A DNA stretch of 64,000 nucleotides, from positions 120,900,001 through 120,964,000 of the forward strand of contig OZ024742.1 in assembly GCA_964016885.1 (NCBI GenBank). The letters run 5' to 3'. The stretch comes from Eledone cirrhosa. Taxonomy: Eukaryota. The notes under the pieces are model-generated. The model worked only from the letters and a program-made list of their open reading frames with translations, searched no databases and was not told the DNA's origin. This document shows positions 1 to 14,280 of the stretch, in pieces (positions within the stretch are counted from its first letter, which is position 1; every line of letters begins with the position of its first letter). The position numbers and the translations under genes were made by a program.

Positions 1-29
1 TGATATATATATACATATATATACATCTT

Positions 30-245
30 CATCATCACCATTTTTCCACTCAAGAATGGGTTAAACGAGTTGTATCGTTGTGAGACAAGCCAGGTCAGGT
101 GACCATGTCTTGGACATACAAAACTGATTTTGGCTTGGTTTCTATAGCTGGATGCCCTTCCTAACTGCATTTATAGTGTGTGCTGGGTGCTTTTTGTCAT
201 GACATCTACATGACCACTTTACAGTGTGAGCTGAGCACTTTTTGT
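30..245 (-). mobile_element. SINE-family fragment (common interspersed repeat)
   Basis: Shares the GCTGGATGCCCTTCCTAAC...TGCTGGGTGCTTTTTG core with copies near 1480, 5640, 33700 and 62760; a (CAT)n tail lies at the left end. Confidence 0.7.
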
Positions 246-429
246 CGTGTCACCTTGACAGTGAGTGCTTGGTACTTGGGTGGGAGAAGGTGTGTGGAGA
301 TTGAAGAGATAGATCTAGTATCATGTGTGGGGCGGAGTTTTAGGGTGTAGTAATAGGATGTGGGAGGTGTATAGAAGGGGGGGGGGGATATGGAGGTGAA
401 GGTGATGCAGATTAGATGTATGCTTCAAC

Positions 430-1360
430 CTGTGCTCATGGGAATGTGGGTCTTCTGTATTACTGCATCGCCAAAGATCTTGGTCCTATGTAATTGCTTT
501 TGAGAGGTGCGATTGTGCAAGTTCAGCTTTTTTCACCTCATTCCATGTCTTCCTACTCCATAGCTTCCATTAATTTTGAGCACTCCACACCTTTTTATAC
601 AGCTGTCATCCTTCATATGGATCACATGTCTATACCAATGCAATCTCCTCTCTAGTATACTGCATCTGATCCCTCTTAAAGTTTCTCACTCAGTTCATTT
701 ATGCTTTGCCGTTAATCATACATCCATTGAGACATGGAAGCTTCCTTTCTTTCCAATCTTCACAGATCCTCTGCACAGTGCCCAGGTCTCACGAGCATGC
801 AACATTGCTGTTCATATACATGCATCATATAATCTGCCCTTCATTCTGAAGGAAAACCCTTTTGTAGCTAGTGGTAGCAGCTCCCTGAACTTTTTCCATC
901 CCATTCTCACTCTGGCTACTGTACTTTCAGAACACCCACCTCCACTGCCAATTTGGTCATCCAGGTAGCAGAAATTGTTGACTGCTTCCACAGTACCTTC
1001 TAAGAATTTGATAGCACTAGTTTCCCGTGGGCATTTGCTGTTTGCTGCTTCTGTGCAGCAGCCACATGTAAAACCTACATTCTTAGCTAATCACCAACCT
1101 GGGATCCCACATCTCTCGTATACCCATAGTTTGCATTTGGGACAGAGGATGGAATTTCTACCTAAGCCTTTCCTACATACTGAGCAAGGCCATTCAATAT
1201 ACTAGGTTGACTTTAAGACCCTTTGAATGATTTCAGAATTGAAATTTCTTCTTCAGCTAGAAGTGTGAGATCATCTGCAAACAGGAGTTATAGCCTGCAG
1301 AACAATAATAAACTGGAGGGGGCTAACAACACCTACACGCATGCTAAATTCTTCACTATA
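430..1360 (-). mobile_element. RTE-clade LINE reverse transcriptase 3' fragment (decayed)
   Basis: Minus-strand reading gives LFADDL (~1270-1287) and YLDDQIGSGGGCSESTVARVRMGWKKFRELLPLLATKGFSFRMKGRLYDAC, typical of the RTE RT C-terminus. Confidence 0.8.
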
Positions 1361-1479
1361 GTCATTTTTAATCTCGTTTCCCTATACATATATATATATA
1401 TAAGATCCCGTTAAGGGTGAAAATAGTGATTCTTTGCTTAAATTTTAATGTTATTTTAATATATATATTTTTTTTCATT

Positions 1480-1750
1480 TTACGCCCGCTTGGGACAGGA
1501 ACTGATTCTGGCTTGTTTTCTACAGCTGGATGCCCTTCCTAACACCAACCTCATTTACAGTGAGTGCTGGGTGCTTTTTTGCCATGGCACCTCCACGACC
1601 ACTTTGTAGTGGAATGATAGGGACCCATCCCTATCATCTTATTTCTACAACTGAGTAAACTGGAGCAATGTGAAATAAAGTGTCTTGCTCAAGGAAACAA
1701 CACGTCACCTGGTCTGAGAATTGAACTCACAACCTTTCGATATGTGCTTC
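1480..1750 (-). mobile_element. tRNA-derived SINE
   Basis: Contains the CTGAGTAAACTGGAGCAATGTGAAATAAAGTGTCTTGCTCAAGG core. The reverse complement of a tRNA B-box-like GTGAGTTCAATTC lies at the right end. Confidence 0.75.
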
Positions 1751-2237
1751 CATATATATATATATAAGATCCCATTAAGGGTGAAAGCAGCGATTCTTTG
1801 CTTAAACTTAAATTTGTTATTTTAATAAATAAATATATATGGTGATAAATATATTAAATAAATATATATGGTAAAAGATGGTGATGATGATATATGTATA
1901 TACACTCAAATATATATATATATCATCTTTATCATGATATATATATATATATATTATGTTGGTACCACAAAACATCTAGCCCACTGCAAAGTGGTCATGT
2001 ACAACAAAAAGCACCCAGCCAACACTGCTTTCGGTTGCTTCCCTTTGCTTTTGCTGAGATCAAGTAAGTGACGTAGTCACTACTTTAAAACTCATAGTGA
2101 ATGGTTTTCGAAATGTTTTTAAATAAACATACAGTATATTATCAAATATACTATACATACATCGCTATTTCAGAGCACTGATATTAATATATATATATAC
2201 ATGCATACACACACACACACATATATATGCATATGTA

Positions 2238-2410
2238 GTTGACAGCCAAGAGAAAAGAATACTCAATACCGAAGTAGAGTTTAAATATTCATTTTATTAA
2301 GGCTAAATACTGAGTCTTGTTAGTTTCTCCTGCTCCTCATAATGTCTGATGCCTCTGTGATAAGCAGGCGAAACAAGACTCACTATTTAACCTTAATAAA
2401 ATGGGTTTAT
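2238..2410. mobile_element. Penelope-like inverted terminal repeat with degenerate hammerhead core
   Basis: Inverted arms TTTTATTAAGGCTAAATACTGAGTCTTG / CAAGACTCACTATTTAACCTTAATAAAA flank CTGATG...GCGAAAC; homologous to 35590-35715. Confidence 0.5.
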
Positions 2411-2810
2411 GACCAACAACCTCTTAAGTGATGGTGTCATGAAAATGACCCTGGTACACTGCTTGAGTCGTTGATGGGACTGGGACTGGCACCTCACTGT
2501 AGAAACCATGCTTAAAAGGGTTGAGAAGACCCATTAGCTGTGTCAAGGACACAATTTCTCTAGTGTTGCTGATCTACACATTAAACACACCCAGTACACA
2601 TAGAAAGCTTGCCAGACAAGGGGCTAGGAGGACCATTCAGTTTGTGTCAAACGATACTTCTCTATGCTCAATAATGACCATCCATAAGTAGGATACAAAC
2701 CTCCTCAGCCTGTCTGGGACATCAGTAGCCTCACTTTAGTACTGACTTGGTCTATGTAAACCCATCTAACCCTTGCTAGCATGGAAAGCAGATGTTAAAT
2801 ATTGATGATG

Positions 2811-3946
2811 ATGGGGTTGGATGGAAAGTTCCCAGTTTTTCAAAAGAAGGTATTTTGGTAGAGTTTTCTGTTATGCTGTCAAAGGGGAATCAACATAGAT
2901 CTATCGAAATCACTTGTGTCTATTTTATGATTTCAAATCTGGCTTAAGTGCAACAGCATCGAGTCGCCACATTAACATTGCATTTGGGTCGCACACAGTC
3001 TAAACAGTGCCAGGGACTGGTTGGCACACTTTCATTGTGGTGATTACCAGCCTTGAAGATTGAACTTGCGCAGGACATCCATCCAACTTAAATGATGAGC
3101 AACTGTGAGAGTTGCTGGAAGCCAACTCATGCCAAACTTTCATGTTCACTCTCCAATGTGCTTGAGGCATCGAAAACAACCATCCTCAATCACTTTCATG
3201 TAATAGAGAAGGTATCCAAGCTGAACCAATAGTTGCCTCAATCACTTTCATGTAATAGAAAAGGTATCCAAGCTGGACCAATAGTTGCCTCAATCTGACA
3301 GATCATAATCACGTTGAGCAACTTCTCTGCTCTCCTACCATCACACAACCAACTGGTTTTATTCTATTGTCAAGCGCAAGTGATCGTGGATTGATAAAGA
3401 TAAAGATAGCGTGCCAGAAGGGCTGGCCTCCACCCTTACAAGGTCCTACTGAGCATCTGGTGAGACTGGAAGGGTGTCATCCACAAGCTGCTCTCACTGA
3501 ACACCAACATAACCTTTGACATCTTTTGCCAAGAATTAATTAGCAGTGAAAATTGCAGATGCACCCACATCCTATTCAACTCCTTCATGATAATGCTTGG
3601 CTCCATCCACCAAAAATGGCCAGTGAGAAGCTGCTGGAGCTAGATTGGGAGATTCTGCCTAATGTGCTGTATTCACCCAACCTCGCACCTAGAGACTATC
3701 ACCTTTCTCTCAATGGGTTACGTAGTGCAGTCAAAGACCTTTGCCAATGAAGACCAATTTAATCAATGACTGACAAAATTGTTTGCATCAAAGCCAGAAT
3801 TCTACAGCAATGGAATCATGTACCTTCCTAGACAATGGCAGAAGGTAATTGCAAATGATAAGTGATTATTTTGATTTGTAAAATTTTCCTCATGTTAAAA
3901 AATACCAAAGTTTGAAAAATAGTGAGAACATTCTATCCAACCTATT
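2811..3946 (+). mobile_element. Mariner (Tc1/mariner) transposon relic
   Basis: Imperfect TIRs ATGGGGTTGGATGGAAAGTTCCCAG / GTGAGAACATTCTATCCAACCTAT. The ORF remnant at 3553-3750 has LLHDNA and YSPNLAPRDYHL, matching the mariner HDNA and YSPDLAPSD motifs. There is an internal 50-bp tandem duplication at ~3190-3293. Confidence 0.85.
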
Positions 3947-4654
3947 GGGTAATATGTTGGTCATGATAGTAATTTAAAATTGCACCAATTAATACCAAAT
4001 GGATAATTTTCTTTGTAACTAACATGTTCATATACCAGTAGATCGCTAGTCTTCTGCAAAGGCTAGATATTGTTTTATGTATATAGAGCATTTTTATTTA
4101 ACGCTTTAGTAATATAGGACTTTTTCACTTGTTAATGTTTTTCCAAGTTTCTCAGGATACAGGAGTAATATGAAATTAAGATGGCTTCAAAATAAATTCA
4201 TCAAATTAAGGCTCAGATTATGTGGATATAACTATATATTAATAATGGAGTTTAAGTAAATTTCTTGCCATTTTCGTATTTCCCATTCTCCGTTAAAAAT
4301 GTTATCTTGACTATCCATTATTTAAATGTTCTATGTACCTGCATTCGAGCAACATACCAGATTGTTGCTCAAGGTTTAATTTATTTTATTCCATTTGGAC
4401 TATACCTTGGATGAAGTGTTTCCATCTTTGCTTATTATTTGACTATATTTTGGAGGAAATTTGCTGCCATAACTTTACAATCCATAATAGCATAGAAAAT
4501 AGACGTTAAACAATGATGATGTATTTCTTCTTTGCTCATTGTTGAACCATACTGAGCTTAGAAATCTGCTGGCATAACTTTACTGAACTTTGTTATATAT
4601 AGATATATATGCATTATCTGTTCGTAAAGTGCATTATTCTTACTTCCGACCCTC

Positions 4655-4880
4655 ATCATCATTTCATCTTACGTCCACTTTTTCCCTGCTTGCAAGGGTG
4701 GGACGGGAACTGATTTTGGCTTGATGCCCTATCATCTCATTTCTACAGCTGAGGAAACTGGAGCAATGTGAAATAAAGTGTCTTGCTCAAGGAAACAACA
4801 CATCACCCAGTCTGAGAATTGAACTCACAACCTTTCGATTGCAAGGCCAATGCTCTAACCACTAGAACATGTGCCTCACT
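4655..4880 (-). mobile_element. tRNA-derived SINE
   Basis: Same core as the 1480-1750 copy; the head reads TAGTGGTTAGAGCATTGGCC on the minus strand (A-box-like). Confidence 0.75.
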
Positions 4881-5079
4881 TCCAATTTGTTCAACACTGC
4901 TTAAAATTCTATTACCTTTAATTCCCTCATCTCATTATGTACGAGTATCTTTCTAATAGGCATATTGATAACACCTAGTTCAGCTAGTGCACTTTCATAT
5001 ATATATGTGTGTGTGCTTATTTTTCTTCCAATCATTAACTTCAAAAATTGATATATGAACATAGCTTTATAAGCATGGG

Positions 5080-5110
<31 letters not shown>

Positions 5111-5634
5111 GCCAGCATGGAAAATGAATGTAACTGATGATATATATATATATATGCATACCCATGCTTATAAAGCTATGTTCATATCAAATTTTGATCA
5201 TGGTGGCGAAATAAGAAACACACTCTTTCTATGTATATACATAGAGTGTCTTATTTATCCGCCATGATCTAAAATTCATTTCTGTAAAGGGGAATAAATC
5301 TCTCATATTATATATGATGAAGGGTTTCACTTTTTATTTATCTCTGTCATGTTCACATATCTCTCATTAGTCAAAGTTTCATTTTGATTTGTTGGTTGGT
5401 TAGTCTATTCAAATCTTTGTGAAAGATAGAGGAACATTTTTTTTTTGCTATATATGCCATTTAGTAGTTTGTTTTCCTTTTCCTTCAGAACACATGAAAA
5501 CCTGTTTTAATTTAATTAGATGTATATTTGTATTTCCATCTTAATGCAAAATCCCATTGATATATATTACCATGGCTGCTGTGCTTTCATCACTTTATAT
5601 ACTCCTTCACAATTCTGTGTGTATGTATGTGTAT

Positions 5635-5944
5635 ATCATTTAAATGTCCGCTTTTGCCCTGCTTGCAAGAGTGGGACGGGAACTGATTCAGACTTGATTT
5701 CTACAGCCAGATGCCCTTCCTAACACCATACTCATTTACAGTGGGTACTGGGTGCTTTTTTTTGCCGTGGCACCTCCACCACTTTTGCAGTGAAATGATA
5801 GGGACCCCAGTTTCTATCACCTCATTCCTACAGCTGAGTAAACTGGAGCAATGTGAAATAAAGTGTCTTGCTCAAGAAACACATCATCTGAGAATTGAAC
5901 TTAACCTTTCAATTGCAAGGGTCTAACCACTAAGACATGTGCCT

Positions 5945-5946
<2 letters not shown>
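5635..5946 (-). mobile_element. tRNA-derived SINE
   Basis: Near full-length copy of the same family as 62740-63130. Confidence 0.75.
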
Positions 5947-5983
<37 letters not shown>

Positions 5984-5986
5984 CCT

Positions 5987-6019
<33 letters not shown>

Positions 6020-6239
6020 TAGATATTACACACACACGCCAAGAAACAACACTAATCAGAAACTTCACATGAAATATTTTCTTTCAAATTGGTTCCTGCT
6101 CCAACACATTTTTTTCATCTTAGTTTTAATTCATAAAATTTCAAATAAATATTTTAGAACAATTTTTTCATCTGGTACAATCATTTTAATGAAATATTTT
6201 ACAAGCGTTTTTTTTCACGCATACATAGGTTAAATAGTT

Positions 6240-7850
6240 GGAAGACCAGGCAACCGACAATGTTTGGTATGGCTTTCAATGCAAACATGACAGGTTTATT
6301 GATCAAAAGTTCACTCCCTTACTAGTGAATTAGTTTGGAAATTGCAAAGATAGTGGCATCAGCAGCAACTGTGCATTTAGCAAGAACCAGGCTCTTTTGC
6401 CTGACAAGCAGGTCACACAAGCTGTTGGAAGTATTAGCCACTTTTGATATGCTCGCTAAACCTATAGCTGCAAAGATTTCTAGCATTCTTGGTCTCCATA
6501 CCGTCATTTTACTTACTATCAGGACAGTTGGCCACCCACAGGTATAGGTTGGAATGGCTGGCTATTTCAATGCATCTCCAATATACTCCAAAGTAACGCT
6601 TATTTTGTTTACTGGGATGACAAAATGATTGTATATATATATATATATATATGGGACTCTGCATGCTATGAAGCCTATACTGTCCAGGTTATCTTCAATT
6701 TTTTTTTTTTTCCCCCCCAGAATTTTGATACTTGCAATTCACAACAGAGCTTTAACCACAGAAATTAGTCTTGCAAATGGCACTAAATTGCTATCCTGTT
6801 AACCATTTTCCAAACTCGGATTGAAACAAATTTCATTTTGGCTATACTCTAGTACAGCCAAATAGTAAGTGAATGTCACAGAAGCTAAAGTTCATCGCTT
6901 TCAGTGTTGGACCAGCAGACTCAGTTCTCTCCCTTGCTTCGCTCCAAATGGCAATTTCAAAATTACCTTGAAATTTATTTTGACATCCTATCCAACTGCA
7001 CGAAAAAAATGGTTGCCCATGCCTGTTCCAAAGGCAGTTTTGGTTTTAAAATTGCCTTGCAGTTTGATTAGACCCTGTGATCAAAGGTATTCCAGTGATT
7101 ATGTTGAATGCTCTCTTGCTCATCAATTTCAAATGAAACCTGCTGGTGTTTCCTTGTTTATTACACTTAAACTACATCAGTTCAACCAGTTAATGAGTAA
7201 TTTGTAAATGTTACTTCCAAAAACAGCCATCCTTTCCATGAGATTCTCATCTACTTCAATAAATCAAAGCTAAGCATTGGCCTAAGTAGATATGAACAGT
7301 TAATTTATATAATTTGTATGACATACCTTCAGCTGCATCTCTGCAGTGAAACAAGTTTCACCATCATGTGCACACATCTGATTGCTTCAAACGAAGTTCA
7401 CCAGCTTTTATAACCTTTGCATTACTCATTCTACATTCCTGAGCTGTTTATTCTTTACCTCTATGGGTTTTTTAATCCTAATTTTTGGAAGTGTGCTGCA
7501 ATCTTCGCATTCCAAACAAAAGTAACACCTGTGAGCCTGCCAACTATTGTTACCCCTTCCAGCATCTAAAAGGGCAATGGAAATAATTTTTTGATAACCA
7601 TCACCTATTCTTTCTCAAGTGAAAACCTCCACTCAAGGGCTTTCACCCATGACTACTTTAGTGAAAGAAATTATTCTAGCTAAGCTGTTGTCTATTGACT
7701 TATCCATCATTCAGCTCTTTAGTTTACATCATGGACTTGTGACCAATTGTAACCACCATATTTTATTTGCACTCATTTCTAACTGTTCACTCAATCAGAT
7801 GATACTGCTCTTCTGCAGATGTTATCCAAATACAAAATTTCATTAAACTT
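6240..7850 (-). mobile_element. Heavily decayed DNA-transposase-like relic (possibly hAT)
   Basis: Codon-like minus-strand sequence with many stops. Fragments such as IEVDEN, KALVVNCKY and Cys-rich CYFCLEC resemble hAT/ZMYM-type transposases; no termini were found. Confidence 0.35.
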
Positions 7851-7994
7851 GCACTATCCACTATCTCCAATTTAGAACAGCAAAAACAGCATCCCCTAAG
7901 TAGCTTTCTTGAGATCTACAAGACATTTCAGTTTAGTATCAGCCACTGCAAAGCTTAAAATTTCCTGATTCAAGACCAATTTTATCAACCTTAC

Positions 7995-8032
<38 letters not shown>

Positions 8033-9054
8033 TCAGACCATATTCATACTGTCTCTTCTTACTAACTAAATAGTTTTATTATATGCAGATTCACTGTTAA
8101 GATATAATTCTTCAATTGCACACCCAAATATACTTGTTCCATAATTTTGTAATCAAGTTTCCAAAAATGCTAAATATTCTAAACTGTATTCCATCCCCAG
8201 CAATCTTTAGATTCTCATTATCTATATAATCAAGTGTCCAGCCAGGATACCAAATGAGGAGGGGAAATGGACCCTTTGATCTCTGGTGTTGGTGTTCTAC
8301 ATGAACTGAGCCAATACACTGTAAAGTGGTTGGTGATAAGGGCATCCAGCTTGCCAAACAAAGGATTGGACAGACCCATCAGCTGTTTTGAAAGATAAGA
8401 CCGTTTGTAAGCAACTGCCTGGGAGATCAGTAGTCCCACTTCAGTACTGACTCGGGCTATGTAGTCACATTCTTGCTGGAATGCAAAGCAGGCGTTTAAC
8501 AATTAGAGGTGAACCCTGTATATTAGTCAACCCTCAGCAAAACGCATGTACATATCCATGACAATCCTGGATAGATTTTAATGACTTAATTGCCTTTGTA
8601 ATACTCAGTTTATATACACAATGAAGTTTAAACTAAGAGAAAAATGTTCTAATAGGCTAACTGGTCCCAGATATAATCTGCGTTGAAACCTTCAATGGTG
8701 TCCCAAATTCTTAATGGATTATAGGACTCACCACTATCACAAAATTCCTATTATGACAACCTCCTTGCATAGAGTTCGTCTCAACACACAGCAAAGTGGT
8801 ATTTTACCTAAAGTGAATGCAAATAAGAATATAGAATATTAAATCATATATACATTATTCCTAGCTTATAGATTCTCATTATCTATACAATCAAGTATCC
8901 ATAAGAAACTGAACTGTTACTGGTGTGGTGTAACAATATTCTTCAGACAAAACCAACAAAATAATTTCTCAGGCTTATTCTAATTTGATGCATATTTTAA
9001 TGTTCAAACAGAATATAAATCATTTTCTTACTCATTTATTAATTAATCTATCTA

Positions 9055-9300
9055 TCTAGGGCAGGTAAAATTCACGAGTTCCACCCAGAGGTCTGTCCTT
9101 CATCGCTGCCATGTCGTGTCTCCCAGAGACCAGTGTATTCTTATCAATATATCAACCTCGGTCTCCCTCTTCTAGTGTGTCCGTGTAAGGGCTCCCACAG
9201 GAGCACTGAGTGCATTGTCAACTGAATGTCAGTGAGCATGTCCAGCTAACCTCAGTGTTACTTTCAAGCTGACTTTTGGGAGGCTCCTGTACAGCTATTC
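9055..9300 (-). mobile_element. RTE-like LINE 3' fragment
   Basis: Minus strand reads LRLAGHAH...LLWEPLHGHTRRGRPRLIY, typical of the RTE ORF2 end. Confidence 0.6.
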
Positions 9301-12300
9301 AAAAACAGCATTTCATCCTAACATTCAAAAATAGTTAAGACCCCATTCTTAATACACCCAAATTGTTAATTTCATAATTTAATCAATACATTTTTCTTTC
9401 TCTCTTTTAAATATGAAAAGGGAAAGCAGAGGATGACAATAAAATGATTGGATCCTTGATGAAAAGGAAATTTAAAACGACAGGCCAAAATTAAATATAA
9501 GCATCAGGTTTTATCAACCAAGTTGCATTAGGAAAAGTTTGAAGCTCAGTAATTTTTTCGCAGAGTATTTTAAGTAATGTTCCAATCAACATAACTCTGA
9601 TAAACTTGGTGGTTTCTAAGATACCAGACTATTATAGACAGTATCCAAAATCCATGATAATTTTATGTAAGAATCATTGTTTCAAACACTAACTTAAAGA
9701 CTTTTATTCTTGATTATTAAAATGATTTGAATATCATAGGCAGTGTCTTTCATTAGAAATGCAGTAATGAAATTAGACATATAACAAAAGTTACTTAGTG
9801 TATTCCAACAAGGACTCTTCCACCAAAAATTAGCAATTAATTAACATTTACATTTTAAATGTGCCAAATATTGGTGTTATTTTTCCGCTGTTTATGCATA
9901 CGAGTTATCCCCCAAAACAATTGTAGCCTTAGAAAAAGAGGTGATGTTTTAATAGATGGCACTATTGCAAAATGAATGAAAATTAGATTCACAATTGCAT
10001 CCCTCACACAACTAACTTCATATACATAAATCTGATGTAATATTGTTATAAATTAATGAAAGTTCTGTAGCACTAATACCTTTAACAAAAAAAAAAAACT
10101 AAAAAAAATAAAATAAATCAACTGTTATGAGTACATAAACCCAATAAATTAATAACATCTGAAATGAAGATCCAGGCTGCATTCCTAATAGCTTTGAAAA
10201 ATCGTAATCATATTGATTAGATTCTCTTGTGCATTTCCTAACAAAGCAGTTAAGAGTAGCAGGATAACATATCTTGAACAGCTATAGTTACTTTGTTACC
10301 CAGCCCCAGCAGAAATACAAAGAAAAGGAAACACTAGCAAATCACTATCAACATGTAAATTCAAAGAGAAGGTAGGAAAAAGAAAGCAATTTTCCTCAAA
10401 AGCTATCACAAATAAACTTTTTGTGAGTGATTAAGCCAATGCATGCTATTTTTTCCACTAATGCCCCAGATAATCAATAAAAATGAGGACAAATTAGACT
10501 TATGTATGCCTGGATCAAAATTTGGCATATATCATGAATATAAAACTACTGAAACATCACTTGTATATTACAACAGCTGTAGTGGGGGATGGGGTGATTA
10601 AATTGCTTTGAAATAAGACTCCAACACTATAGTAATATGGCTAAAGTTCTATCAAGAAACCACAAAATAGAAACTTTACATAGTGGCAATTGTCATAATT
10701 GGGAATGAACAAAACCAACTAGCCTCAGTACAAGATTCTGCACCACAGGGATATGCATGTAGCTGGAGCAGAATTCTAGCATGGTACATAATAGTGATAT
10801 TGCTATACCCTTTTGTTACTCCTTTAAGAATGACAACAGATGAGAAGCAAGGTGCTATTAAAGAAATTCACTAGGATGAAAATTGTTTTAAAATAAGTAC
10901 ATCTAAATGAAATATACTGTATTTGTACAAACCAGAAAATGAAACATTTAAAATGGTACATGCACACTAGCTTTTCATATATGTGAAAATACAGAAAAAG
11001 ATTCCCTAAAGTAGGTGGTGATATAATAAAAGCATCCAAGTGTGCTGGTCCCACATTAAGACAGCATAAAAATTTATGGCTTAGATATCTGCAATGAGCA
11101 AAGCTTCAGAAGTTACTAAGTTGGATTTACATTACAGTTTAAATTTATAATACCAAGGATGAAAATAGATATTTCAGAGAGTTCCTCAACCAAGAAAATG
11201 AATTGACCATAAATCATACATCCCAACAAGGACATACTGAGAAGGTGACTAACATTAAATGGTATAGTCATAAGCTAAATAGAACAAAAGCAGCCATGGC
11301 AGATGCAGACAAAAGACATGAGATCATAAACATCAAATTTGTGAGACTGAAGTTTTGATTGAGGGAAAGGGATCAATTAAACCATCTGAGCAAAACTAAG
11401 TTTATAAAATATCTAAAGCTTCACTTAATTTTAAATTGTAGAATTCCCAGTCACATTAAATGTACTTGACACAATCATGATTATGGCTTAATTTTATACA
11501 ACTACAATGACTTAATCCATGCTGAATGAAATTGAAAAAGCTGAAAAACTAACAAAATATTTAAAAAAAAAAGAACCTTTTTATTTCTGCCATAATACAG
11601 CAATTAGCTGAAATGAAGAAACACTAAAAGACCATTACCTTTATTACTTGCAGTGCTTCAAGGGTTCACCAAGCCTGAACAGCAAGGGAATAAATTATTG
11701 TCAACATCCCCAAGAATTGCTAGTGCTTAACAAGTAGCAACATTGCTTAAAACATTACTATTAAATTAAGTTGACAAAAACGGCTGGTTTACCTTCGTAA
11801 GAAAATGTGTGTACACACATTAAAACTGTACTTTAAACACATTAAACAATCAATGGAAATGACAAATTCTATTTGCACATGCAATGTTCTTGAAAGAATT
11901 GACAGCAAATCACTTATAGGCCATTTGAAACGTCACACACAATATAGAAATATTTCAATTTATAATATAGCTTACAAAACTGAGCCTAATATATGGTTAC
12001 TGAATACTTGAATTTATGTTAATTTAATTAAATTACTGCTGTAACTTGGAATCCGAAATAACCACTACTGTATACACTGCATAATGCAGAGAAACATCAC
12101 TACTTACCTTTTTTTTAGAAAAAAAAAAAAAAAAGAAATTTGATTGTTAATTTTCAAACAGATTTTCCTATCAAAGCCAAATCTTCTTCAGTGACATAGT
12201 ACATTCTCCATGAATATTCAGCAGGAGCATAATTGTAATTTAGACTTTCAAAAGTGCAATTTTTTTCAGCCATCTTCAGTATTTTAGTATAAGCTCTCTA

Positions 12301-13995
12301 ATGGGGGGTGTATGAAATATGAACCTCAAAGCTGAAAGACATCCACTCCTAACAAATCCATTTTCAAAGAAAACAATATAAATTTCCAGTGGTTAATAAA
12401 TCTCAAGATTATAAATATCATCTAACAGCCTCAAATTTACTTTAGCCAAGTCAACATTCAGCAAACAACCTATTTTATGTCTAAATTGCCAAGATTTAGA
12501 ATTGACCAAACAATTTGGTATATACACTTAACAGAAATTTTATATTTATACTGACCAATTTTCACTTCTATTTTCAATGCCCATTCAAAAATTTATGTAC
12601 TTCTTTGATAAGCTTCATTAGAGTATGTAAATTAAGTACTGCCATCTCCTTCATTCTTAACATAACAGTCAGCTTTGTATCCAAAGTGTCGTGATATGTA
12701 ATGTAATGAGGTGATGTTCTGTTCAGAAGGAGAAAGACAGCTTTAAGGAGTGGCAACACTAGTGATGGGTCTTCGTTAACAAATAGTTCTTCATCATTAA
12801 GTTTCTTACTTGCTGCTGCAAAAAGATCACAGGCAATATAGTTCGAATGTGATAATAAAAAAAAATATCTTGGCTCTTAGTGAGTTTAAATTTGAGCTGA
12901 AGTTATTCTGGGAGTAAAATTTTAGTAGATTGAAATAGAAAATGAAATGTGTTCAAAGCTGTAAGATTTGTCTTTTGTTACGAAGAAATGACTAAATATG
13001 CAACAAATTACCTTAATTTATTTTAGATGGATATAATTTTATCTTTAATGCATGTTTGACAAATTACGAAAGGAAAACAAGTCTTGTCCTAAACAAGCAA
13101 ACAAGTAACCATATAAAAGCAGAAATTTAAAAATTATAAACATTGAAGTTTATTGCTACTATAAAAGGAAAGCGTTTTTGCCCTAAGATTCACCACTAAC
13201 TTTCATTCCAAACAATATTGCCAAGTTCATTTATTCATCTTATTCCATTTCAAATAAGGCACACACCCATTTCCACTAAAATCTCTGTAATGGGAATACC
13301 CAGAAGGAATAAAATAACCTATCAAAGCTAACCCCCCCACCCCTCCCCCACAAGTGAGGATCCAGTCAATATTTAACCAGAGCAGAGTATACTAATAGAT
13401 CAACTGTTTGCAATTGGGTCACCTAATTCTGCAAGAGTGTCAATGTCAAATTGGTGTGAATAATAACCACCAGATCCTTTTAATAAGTTTATTTAAAATA
13501 GAAAGTGTTACATAGTCTTACTGAACAGCAGTTTAGAGTGTAAAACCACAGGATTTCTTAACTTATTACGAAAGTTATAAAGAAAAAAAAAAGATATCAA
13601 TGAATTTTTAAAGGTGTGTTAAAGTGCTCCAAAGAACCTGACTTTTAGGAAGAACTGGAACAGAAGGATAAAAGTAACGGGAATGTTTTTAAATTCACAA
13701 AAAAAAAAAAACAAATGGCACAAAAAAAATATGTAAGTGCCTCATGAAAATTGATTTACTTCTAATCAAGAGCCCAAAGACTAATTCATATAAAATGAAA
13801 GTGATAAAACTTGCATTATAGTAAATTTAACTAATAATTTGAAATGAACTATTTTTAAACTAGTCTCACCAACTAAAATAAATTCAAAAATTAGAAATTT
13901 GTTTTAACAAAGCAAGACAAGCAAGAATATCCTATGTCAATTCAGTCTAAAATAGTCAGCAGTCAGCTAAATCAAAATTGGAATAAAAATGTTAC

Positions 13996-14280
13996 CCATC
14001 TGCTCGACTCCAAGCGGTCTTCTGGCTTCTTTACACAGCTAAAGACTTCTATCTTGGCATATCAAACCCATTTTCTCATTCCCACTTCTTAATTCACCAA
14101 CTCATTATCTTCATATTTTTTTTATTATCTTTAAAAATTATTTTTCTCATTTTTCTTAGCTTCCATGATTTTCATTCAGCCTATTCCGATTTTTCCTTCA
14201 TAGTTCATTCTTTCTTCACGTTCAATCCCTTATTTCAGAGTTCTTTCTTCACCAGCCCATTTCATTTCTTTCTTCATAAC
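13996..14280 (-). other. Candidate alternative AGAA-rich tra2 exon (encodes RYEERNEMGW*; predicted NMD or alternative last exon)
   Basis: Acceptor ttcttgtattgtataaag|GTTATG and donor GATGG|gtaaca. It is in frame with the phase-1 end of exon 9 and holds three TGAAGAAAGAA copies and about 13 AGAA motifs. Confidence 0.55.
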
